Assembly: GCA_051362555.1 (NCBI GenBank)
Contig: CM120640.1
Location: forward strand, 31,081,967 to 31,145,966
Reading direction: 5' to 3'
Source of the DNA: Lingula anatina
Lineage: Eukaryota > Animalia > Brachiopoda
DNA: 64,000 nucleotides
The position numbers and the translations under genes were made by a program. The notes beneath the pieces were generated by a model. That model was given only the letters and a program-made list of their open reading frames with translations. It did not search any database and was not told the origin of the DNA. This document shows positions 15,001 through 25,590 of this stretch, in pieces. How positions within the stretch are numbered: the stretch's first letter is position 1; the number at the start of each line of letters is the position of its first letter.

Positions 15001-18000
15001 CTACCTCTGCAAGATGCAGATTACTCTTTTCTGGAAGGGGTTGTTGTTATCACAATACTCAACAAGGCCCTAAATCTTGCCAAATATCATGTATTGTACA
15101 CATGGAGAAGACACAGTGCTGCTCTTGGTGGTATCTTTCACTAACTGATTTTTCAGCTTTTCATGGTGAGGGTACTCTGAAACAAGAATAATATAACTGA
15201 AAGGACTGAAAATTACATTTGAAAAGAATGACAAATTCGGTGACTTAATTAAAATAGTTAAACGTTAATAATTTTGTCAAATCTTGTCCAATATTTCTGA
15301 AATTTGTACAAATGATGCTTAACAACAATAAAAATCTGTGATAAGCTGATCAGTTGTCTGTGTCTAATGAAAAGTGTTTTTGGGGACAACATATTTGGGA
15401 AAACTGAAAATTACATTGAAAAGACTGGCAAATCCCAGGCCTTAAAATAGTTAAACGTTAATAATTTTGTCAAATCTAGTCCAGTATTTCTGAAATTTGC
15501 ACAAATGATGCTTAACAACAATAAAAACCTGTGATAAGCTGATCAGTTATCTGTGTCTAATGAAAAGTGCTTTTTGGGACAACATATTTGGGAAAACTGA
15601 AAATTACATTGAAAAGACTGGCAAAACCTAGACCTTAAAATAGTTAAACGTTAATAATTTTGTTAAATTTTGTGGAATATTTCTGAAATTTGTACGAATG
15701 ATGCTTAACAATAATAAAAATCTGTGATAAGCTGATCAGTTATCTGAGTCTTTTTTTTAATTGTCAAGTGTATGGGAAATTGATCATCAGAAGAGTGAGA
15801 ATTAAACAAAACAAATATTTCAATATTGCAATGTATTATTTACTCTGAAAGTAAACAGAAAATGTGATGATTTGAGGTTGTTTGTGTAAGAAGTTGCAAA
15901 TTACCTATAACTGTCATCTGGAAAACAATATATACCCATACAAGAGTTCTCCTTACTACCTCTGCAAGATGCAGATTACTACTTTCTGGAAGGGGTTGTT
16001 GTTATCACAATACTCAGCAAGGCCCTAAATCTTGCCAAATATCATGTATTGTACACATAGAGAAGACACAGTGCTGCTCTTGGTGGTATCTTTCACTGCC
16101 TGCTTTTTCAGCTTTTTCATGGTGAGGGTACTCTGAAACAAGAACAATATAACTGAAAGGACTGAAAATTACATTTGAAAAGAATGACAAATTCGGTGAC
16201 TTAATTAAAATAGTTAAACGTTAATAATTTTGTCAAATCTAGTCCAATATTTCTGAAATTTGTACAAATGATGCTTAACAACAATAAAAATCTGTGATAA
16301 GCTGATCAGTTGTCTGTGTCTAATGAAAAGTGTTTTTGGGGACAACATATTTGGGAAAATTGAAAATTACATTGAAAAGACTGGGAATTCGCAGGACTTG
16401 AAATAGTTAAACGTTAATAATTTTGTCCAATCTAGTCCAATATTTCTGAAATTTGTACAAATGATGCTTAACAACAATAAAAACCTGTGATAAGCTGATC
16501 AGTTGTCTGTGTCTAATGAAAAGTGTTTTTTGGGACAACATATTTGGGAAAACTGAAAATTACATTGAAAAGACCAAACCAAGGCCTTAAAATAGTTAAA
16601 CGTTAATAATTTTGTCAAATCTTGTCCTATAATTCTGAAATTTGTACAAATGATGCTTAACAACAATAAAAATCTGTGATAAGCTGATCAGTTGTCTGTG
16701 TCTAATGAAAAGTGCTTTTTGGGACAACATATTTGGGAAAACTGAAAATTACATTGAAAAGACTGGCAAAACCCAGACCTTAAAATAGTTAAACGTTAAT
16801 AATTTTGTCAAATCTTGTCCTATATTTCTGAAATCTGTACAAATGATGCTTAACAACAATAAAAATCTGTGATAAGCTGATGAGCTGTCTGTATCTAATG
16901 AAAAGTGCTTTTTGGGACAACATATTTGGGAAAACTGAAAATTACATTGAAAAGACTGGCAAAACCCAGACCTTAAAATAGTTAAACGTTAATAATTTTG
17001 TCAAATCTTGTCCTATATTTCTGAAATCTGTACAAATGATGCTTAACAACAATAAAAATCTGTGATAAGCTGATCAGTTGTCTGTATCTAATGAAAAGTG
17101 TTTTTTGGGGCAACATATTTGGGAAAACTGAAAATTACATTGAAAATACTGGCAAAACCCAGGCCTTAAAATAGTTAAACGTTAATAATTTTGTTAAATT
17201 TTGTGGAATATTTCTGAAATTTGTACGAATGATGCTTAACAATAATAAAAATCTGTTATAAGCTGATCAGTTATCTGAGTCTTTTTTTTAAGTGTCAAGT
17301 GTATGGGAAATTGATCATCAGAAGAGTGAGAATTAAACAGAACAAATATTTCAATATTGCAATGTATTATTTACTCTGAAAGTAAACAGAAAATGTGATG
17401 ATTTGAGGTTGTTTGTGTAAGAGGTTGCAAATTACCTATAACTGTCATCTGGAAAACAATATATACCCATACAAGAGTTCTCCTTACTACCTCTGCAAGA
17501 TGCAGATTACTCCTTTCTGGAAGGGGTTGTTGTTATCACAATACTCAACAAGGCCCTAAATCTTGCCAAATATCATGTATTGTACACATGGAGAAGACAC
17601 AGTGCTGCTCTTGGTGGTATCTTTCACTGCCTGCTTTTTCAGCTTTTTCATGGTGAGGGTACTCTGAAACAAGAACAATATAACTGAAAGGACTGAAAAT
17701 TACATTTGAAAAGAATGACAAATTCGGTGACTTAATTAAAATAGTTAAACGTTAATAATTTTGTCAAATCTAGTCCAATATTTCTGAAATTTGTACAAAT
17801 GATGCTTAACAACAATAAAAATCTGTGATAAGCTGATCAGTTGTCTGTTTATAATGAAAAGTTTTTTTTTAGGACAATATATTTGAGAAAACCAAAAATT
17901 ACATTGAAAAGACTGGGAATTCACAGGACTTGAAATAGTTAAACGTTAATAATTTTGTCAAATCTAGTCCAATATTTCTGAAATTTGTACAAATGATGCT

Positions 18001-21000
18001 TAACAACAATAAAAATCCGTGATAAGCTGATCAGTTGTCTGTTTATAATGAAAAGTTTTTTTTAGGACAATATATTTGAGAAAACCAAAAATTACATTGA
18101 AAAGACTGGGAATTCACAGGACTTGAAATAGTTAAACGTTAATAATTTTGTCAAATCTAGTCCAATATTTCTGAAATTTGTACAAATGATGCTTAACAAC
18201 AATAAAAATCTGTGATAAGCTGAGCAGTTGTCTGTGTAAAATGAAAAGTGTTTCTTGGGACAACGTATTTGGGAAAACTGAAAATTACATTGAAAAGACT
18301 GGCAAATCCCAGGCCTTTAAATAGGTAAACGTTAATAATTTTGTCAAATCTTGTCCTATATTTCTGAAATTTGAACAAATGATGCTTAACAACAATAGAA
18401 ATCTATGATAAGCTGATCAGCTGTCTGTATCGAATGAAAAGTGTTTTTTGGGACATTATATTTGCGAAAACCAAAAATTACATTGAAAAGACTGGCAAAT
18501 CCCAGGCCTTTAAATAGGTAAACGTTAATAATTTTGTCAAATCTTGTCCTATATTTCTGAAATCTGTACAAATGATGCTTAACAACAATAAAAATCTGTG
18601 ATAAGCTGATCAGCTGTCTGTATCTAATGAAAAGTGCTTTTTGGGACAACATATTTGGGAAAACTGAAAATTACATTGAAAAGACTGGCAAAACCCAGAC
18701 CTTAAAATAGTTAAACGTTAATAATTTTGTCAAATCTAGTCCAATATTTCTGAAATTTGTACAAATGATGCTTAACAACAATAAAAATCTGTGATAAGCT
18801 GATCAGTTGTTTGTATTGAATAAAAAGTGTTTTTTGGGACAACATATTTGGGAAAACTGAAAATTACATTGAAAAGACCAAACGAAGGCCTTAAAATAGT
18901 TAAACGTTAATAATTTTGTCAAATCTTGTCCTATATTTCTGAAATTTGTACAAATGATGCTTAACAACAATAAAAATCTGTGATAAGCTGATCAGTTGTC
19001 CGTGTCTAATGAAAAGTGCTTTTTGGGACAACATATTTGGGAAAACTGAAAATTACATTGAAAAGACTGGCAAAACCCAGACCTTAAAATAGTTAAACGT
19101 TAATAATTTTGTCAAATCTTGTCCTATATTTCTGAAATCTGTACAAATGATGCTTAACAACAATAAAAATCTGTGATAAGCTGATCAGCTGTCTGTATCT
19201 AATGAAAAGTGCTTTTTGGGACAACATATTTGGGAAAACTGAAAATTACATTGAAAAGACTGGCAAAACCCAGACCTTAAAATAGTTAAACGTTAATAAT
19301 TTTGTCAAATCTTGTCCTATATTTCTGAAATTTGTACAAATGATGCTTAACAATAATAAAAATCTGTGATAAGCTGATCAGCTGTCTGTATTTAATGAAA
19401 AGTGTTTTTTGGGGCAACATATTTGGGAAAACTGAAAATTACATTGAAAAGACTGGCAAAACCCAGGCCTTAAAATAGTTAAACGTTAATAATTTTGTTA
19501 AATTTTGTGGAATATTTCTGAAATTTGTACGAATGATGCTTAACAATAATAAAAATCTGTGATAAGCTGATCAGTTATCTGAGTCTTTTTTTTAAGTGTC
19601 AAGTGTATGGGAAATTGATCATCAGAAGAGTGAGAATTAAACAGAACAAATATTTCAATATTGCAATGTATTATTTACTCTGAAAGTAAACAGAAAATGT
19701 GATGATTTGAGGTTGTTTGTGTAAGAGGTTGCAAATTACCTATAACTGTCATCTGGAAAACAATATATACCCATACAAGAGTTCTCCTTACTACCTCTGC
19801 AAGATGCAGATTACTACTTTCTGGAAGGGGTTGTTGTTATCACAATACTCAACAAGGCCCTAAATCTTGCCAAATATCATGTATTGTACACATGGAGAAG
19901 ACACAGTGCTGCTCTTGGTGGTATCTTTCACTGCCTGCTTTTTCAGCTTTTTCATGGTGAGGGTACTCTGAAACAAGAACAATATAACTGAAAGGACTGA
20001 AAATTACATTTGAAAAGAATGACAAATTCGGTGACTTAATTAAAATAGTTAAACGTTAATAATTTTGTCAAATCTAGTCCAATATTTCTGAAATTTGTAC
20101 AAATGATGCTTAACAACAATAAAAATCCGTGATAAGCTGATCAGTTGTCTGTTTATAATGAAAAGTTTTTTTTAGGACAATATATTTGAGAAAACCAAAA
20201 ATTACATTGAAAAGACTGGGAATTCGCAGGACTTGAAATAGTTAAACGTTAATAATTTTGTCAAATCTTGTCCTATATTTCTGAAATTTGTACAAATGAT
20301 GCTTAACAACAATAAAAATCTGTGATAAGCTGATCAGTTGTCTGTGTATAATGAAAAGTGTTTCTTGGGACAACGTATTTGGGAAAACTGAAAATTACAT
20401 TGAAAAGACTGGCAAATCCCAGGCCTTTAAATAGGTAAACGTTAATAATTTTGTCAAATCTTGTCCTATATTTCTGAAATTTGAACAAATGATGCTTAAC
20501 AACAATAGAAATCTATGATAAGCTGATCAGCTGTCTGTATTGAAAGAAAAGTGTTTTTTGGGACATTATATTTGCGAAAACCAAAAATTACATTGAAAAG
20601 ACTGGGAATTCACAGGACTTGAAATAGTTAAATGTTAATAATTTTGTCAAATCTAGTCCAATATTTCTGAAATTTGTACAAATGATGCTTAACAACAATA
20701 AAAATCTGTGATAAGCTGATCAGTTGTTTGTATTGAATAAAAAGTGTTTTTTGGGACAACATATTTGGGAAAACTGAAAATTACATTGAAAAGACCAAAC
20801 CAAGGCCTTAAAATAGTTAAACGTTAATAATTTTGTCAAATCTTGTCCTATATTTCTGAAATTTGTACAAATGATGCTTAACAACAATAAAAATCTGTGA
20901 TAAGCTGATCAGTTGTCTGTGTCTAATGAAAAGTGCTTTTTGGGACAACATATTTGGGAAAACTGAAAATTACATTGAAAAGACTGGCAAAACCCAGACC

Positions 21001-22873
21001 TTAAAATAGTTAAACGTTAATAATTTTGTCAAATCTTGTCCTATATTTCTGAAATCTGTACAAATGATGCTTAACAACAATAAAAATCTGTGATAAGCTG
21101 ATCAGCTGTCTGTATCTAATGAAAAGTGCTTTTTGGGACAACATATTTGGGAAAACTGAAAATTACATTGAAAAGACTGGCAAAACCCAGACCTTAAAAT
21201 AGTTAAACGTTAATAATTTTGTCAAATCTTGTCCTATATTTCTGAAATCTGTACAAATGATGCTTAACAACAATAAAAATCTGTGATAAGCTGATCAGCT
21301 GTCTGTATCTAATGAAAAGTGTTTTTTGGGGCAACATATTTGGGAAAACTGAAAATTACATTGAAAAGACTGGCAAAACCCAGGCCTTAAAATAGTTAAA
21401 CGTTAATAATTTTGTTAAATTTTGTGGAATATTTCTGAAATTTGTACAAATGATGCTTAACAATAATAAAAATCTGTGATAAGCTGATCAGTTATCTGAG
21501 TCTTTTTTTTAAGTGTCAAGTGTATGGGAAATTGATCATCAGAAGAGTGAGAATTTAACAGAACAAATATTTCAATATTGCAATGTATTATTTACTCTGA
21601 AAGTAAACAGAAAATGTGATGATTTGAGGTTGTTTGTGTAAGAGGTTGCAAATTACCTATAACTGTCATCTGGAAAACAATATATACCCATACAAGAGTT
21701 CTCCTTACTACCTCTGCAAGATGCAGATTACTCCTTTCTGGAAGGGGTTGTTGTTATCACAATACTCAACAAGGCCCTAAATCTTGCCAAATATCATGTA
21801 TTGTACACATGGAGAAGACACAGTGCTGCTCTTGGTGGTATCTTTCACTGCCTGCTTTTTCAGCTTTTTCATGGTGAGGGTACTCTGAAACAAGAACAAT
21901 ATAACTGAAAGGACTGAAAATTATATTTGAAAAGAATGACAAATTCGGTGACTTAATTAAAATAGTTAAACGTTAATAATTTTGTCAAATCTAGTCCAAT
22001 ATTTCTGAAATTTGTACAAATGATGCTTAACAACAATAAAAATCTGTGATAAGCTGATCAGTTGTCTGTTTATAATGAAAAGTTTTTTTTAGGACAATAT
22101 ATTTGAGAAAACCAAAAATTACATTGAAAAGACTGGGAATTCACAGGACTTGAAATAGTTAAACGTTAATAATTTTGTCAAATCTAGTACAATATTTCTG
22201 AAATTTGTACGAATGATGCTTAACAACAATAAAAATCTGTGATAAGCTGATCAGTTGTCTGCGTTTAATGAAAAATGTTTTTTGGGACAACATATTTGGG
22301 AAAACTGAAAATTACATTGAAAAGACTGGCAAAACGCAGACCTTAAAATAGTTAAACGTTAATAATTTTGTCAAATCTTGTCCTATATTTCTGAAATTTG
22401 TACAAATGATGCTTAACAATAATAAAAATCTGTGATAAGCTGATCAGTTATCTGAGTCTTTTTTTTTAAGTGTCAAGTGTATGGGAAATTGATCATCAGA
22501 AGAGTGGGAATTAACCAAAACAAATATTTCAATATTGCAATGTATTATTTACTCTGAAAGTAAACAGAAAATGTGATGATTTGAGGTTGTTTGTGTAAGA
22601 GGTTGCAAATTGGGAAAACTGTCATCTGGAAAACAATATATACCCATACAAGAGTTCTCCTTACTACCTCTGCAAGATGCAGATTACTCCTTTCTGGAAG
22701 GGGTTGTTGTTATCACAATACTCAACAAGGCCCTAAATCCTGCCAAATATCATGTATTGTACACATGGAGAAGACACAGTGCTGCTCTTGGTGGTATCTT
22801 TTACTGCTGGCTTTTTCAGCTTTTTCATGGTGAGGGTACTCTGAAAGAAGAACAATATAACTGAAAGGACTGA
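1..22873. repeat. Composite satellite array: ~193 bp monomers (189 bp variant) interspersed with a ~460 bp cassette; runs off the left edge of the window
   Basis: Motif agttaaacgttaataattttgtcaaatc recurs at 193 bp spacing (e.g. 4670/4863, 5631/5824); variant with aaagaccaaaccaaggcc is 4 bp shorter. Cassette starting ctgagtctttttttttaagtgtcaag seen at ~901, 2287, 3435, 6502, 7649, 8797, 9948, 13594, 14738, 15744, 17275, 19579, 21496, 22452 plus a partial copy at 1-220. Confidence 0.97.
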
Positions 22874-22969
22874 ATTTTGTATTTGTGTCTTCCACAACTG
22901 GGTGAGATGAAAGGATATTCCTGCAGCTGCCATTTCCTGTCTATTTCACACATCGGAGTTGTGGTGATT

Positions 22970-23180
22970 GAACTGTGATAAGTTAAAAATGACCTTGTCT
23001 TTTGGAGGCTACTGGACACCATTGTGACTGCTGAAACTATCACAATCTCAGACTGATCACAGTTAAATCAACAGAATTCTGTCAAATCTGCTTGGATTAT
23101 TTGTGGAATTTACACACAAACTAACTAAACACAATAACTTTAGAAATCTGGGATAACTATACCAGGTGGCCGTGCCTTAT
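22970..23180. repeat. Degenerate satellite-like monomer(s) in the array flank
   Basis: cacagttaaatcaacagaattctgtcaaatctgcttggattatttgtggaatttacaca...aaatctgggataactataccaggtggccgtgcct follows the monomer order aaatagttaaacgttaataattttgtcaaatct...aaatctgtgataagctgatcagttgtccgtgtct; alignment by eye. Confidence 0.6.
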
Positions 23181-23999
23181 TTTGTGAGGAGTAAGATGGG
23201 AGAAGTGCAAAAAAAATATTAAATTTTAAAGAAACACAAAATATGATCACTGTTTTGTTGATCTATAGGGGAAGGATAAGAGACAAATTTTGTGTTCCAT
23301 GGCTTGTAAAACAAAACCAAGTGTTTATTTTGTGTATTACCTGCAATCAGTTCTGTTCCCATCTTGGAAATGGGTGACCTGAGGGAAGTCATGTCACTAC
23401 TCCACTTTAGGTCCAATAAATTTCATCCCAAATGGACCACATCAAGCAGGCCACTATGTAGACACATGACACTGTACAACAACTGTCAAACTGTGTGTGT
23501 GAACTAGAAAAAAAAAGATAAACATTCATTAAATATTCAACAATGGCCAACAGTGATTCACAGAACATGTAGATTACAAGGAAAGGGGTGGGATTTAGTT
23601 TTTCTTTATTTGCCAGAAGACAAGGCTATCCCCAGTGAGGCCACCAGTTGGACAGCCCATGGCATCAAAAGACTATATTTTCAAAAATGGCTGAAGAAAT
23701 TTTAGGGGAATATATATAATGGCAGGTTGGTTAGTCGGTACTGCCTGTGGACAATCTAGCAAATTATCAAAATGTATTTTCTTTCAACAAAATGTCCAGA
23801 AAGAGAAGCACATTTTCAGAAAGAAATTTCTTTAAAGACTGTGAATGTCAAAACCAGTGTGTTATTAGTACATACATGTACATGTATATGCATGTATGTC
23901 TGAACTGGATGTGGTACTCGGCCCACATCAAACATGGCAGCTTCCTCATCTTCATGGTTTTTGTAGTTTCAAAACTCAATAAAAAATTGATCCAAAGTT

Positions 24000-24350
24000 T
24001 ACCCTTTTGCAGATGATGACACTTAAATATTTTGAATAATGTATGATATTGAGGACTGTGCAAAATTACAGGAGGATATACAAATGAAGTTTACAATTGG
24101 ACTGAAAACTCACTTCTTAAGTTGCATCCAGATAAATGTAAATCTAAGCACATTTCTAGCTCTAGGACCTCAGACAATCATGTGTATAAACTTGGTTCCC
24201 CAGGAATAGATCCACATCCAGTCAGCAAAGAAAAGGACATAGGAGTCACCACTGATCATAATTTAACTTTTGACCAACATATGAATGAGAAAATTAACAA
24301 AGCAAACATAATTCTTGGTACTTTATGCATAACTTTCTCTTACATAGCAA
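24000..24350 (+). pseudogene. CR1/L2-like LINE reverse transcriptase C-terminal fragment (frameshifted)
   Basis: Translates piecewise to FADD...EDCAKLQEDI...YNWTENSLLKLHPDKCKSKHI...EKDIGVTTDHNLTFDQHMNEKINKANIILGTL, the typical RT/thumb motif string of CR1-group LINEs. Confidence 0.8.
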
Positions 24351-24770
24351 TTAAGGTAAGAATCACTTTTATTATCATCATAGACACCAAAGGGAAACTC
24401 TACACTTACATATATAAAATTAAAGGAAGGACCTGGTGTTTTTGAAAAAAATTAAAAATTCCATGCATTTTCATGTTATTTTTATGGTGAAATTGCTTTA
24501 ATTTTGGCAAGCTATGAAAATGAAAATTTGAAAACTAGATCTTTTTTGGATATCATTTTTAAAAAATTAAATTTCCACGATAAGGCCCTCTCCTCTTCTT
24601 GATCGGGAGTCCATCGGAGATATAAAAGTTACCATGTTAAGTAATCATATTAATATATTTGTTTACTTTATTATCATTATTATTCATTTACATATTACTT
24701 TACAAATATACTGCCCCACAATAGCATCGTGGCACCTGCAGTCACTTCACTGTAAATAGCACTTATCACA

Positions 24771-24795
24771 TCTCTCTCTCTCTCTCTCTCTCTCG
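24771..24795. repeat. (CT)n microsatellite
   Basis: tctctctctctctctctctctc run. Confidence 0.9.
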
Positions 24796-25396
24796 AAAGC
24801 CCCGCCCAACTGCCGCATTCAACTCTCATGTCTAGCAGATCACAACAACAAAGTACTCAACCTTCTGTCATCAAGAATCGAGGAATGTCTTGCTACTTAT
24901 ATCATACCTTTATGGAAAATTGTAAATATATATCTGGTCTTTCATTAACGTGTGATTGTTTCCGCTACCCTGAACTACGTATGTAGGTCAAAGAAGTAAA
25001 AGCTAGAAGACACGCAGTGAATACATGTACTCGGTCACAACAATATATTATATGTAGACCGCCTATGTCTTGCTATGCTCTCAAGTTATTATATCTTTTG
25101 ATAATTCATTAAAAAAATTGATATAGAATATAATTATTGCATAACTATATATCTGTTTTTCTTTTCTTTCATTTTTTTTATACAACTTTTCTGGATTTAG
25201 GCCTAAGCACTGCTATGTAACACACCGCATTTTAAGGATATTCACATTTATATTTATTAAATTACCTTAAAAAGTAAATTACATGCATTTGAATACACCT
25301 TAAAGTCATTTGTATGCCTAAACTTCCTGTAAGCTAAACGTAGGGCCTACTTTATTAAAGGGGTATAATGAGATGCACGTTTATTTTACTGATAGG

Positions 25397-25590
25397 CTCC
25401 CAGAAAGCATGTCGCCGGTGGGCCGACGTTGGGCCGCCGACTCCAACTACGTCGGCCCACCAGCTACTGTCGCCGGTGGGCCTACGTTGGCCTGACCATC
25501 GGTCCAACGTTGGCCCACCAGCGACATACAACTTGAGCGGCCCAACGTCGGCCCACCAGCGACAGTAGCAGGTGGGCCGACGTAGGTCCA
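25397..25590. mobile_element. GC-rich MITE-like fragment built from palindromic gtgggccgacgttgggccg / cggcccaacgtcggcccac units
   Basis: Repeated direct and inverted copies of gtgggcc(g/t)acgt(t/a)gg in an AT-rich background; begins cccagaaagca, similar to the cccagcttacac start at ~49939. Confidence 0.55.

Noticed and set aside
1088-22864. ORFs inside the satellite (1088-1333, 18193-18652, 20303-20488, 22591-22864), some Cys-rich
   Set aside because: Frames are open only in some copies, mostly non-ATG or incidental starts, no signal peptide or recognisable domain.
1-22873. CRISPR-like repeat/spacer array
   Set aside because: Units are 193 and ~460 bp, the interruptions are copies of each other rather than unique spacers, there are no cas genes and the context is eukaryotic.
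23440-23520. Possible Helitron 3' end (gtgtgaactag) closing the big satellite
   Set aside because: CTAG is followed by A rather than T and no clean GC-rich hairpin is visible; insufficient evidence.
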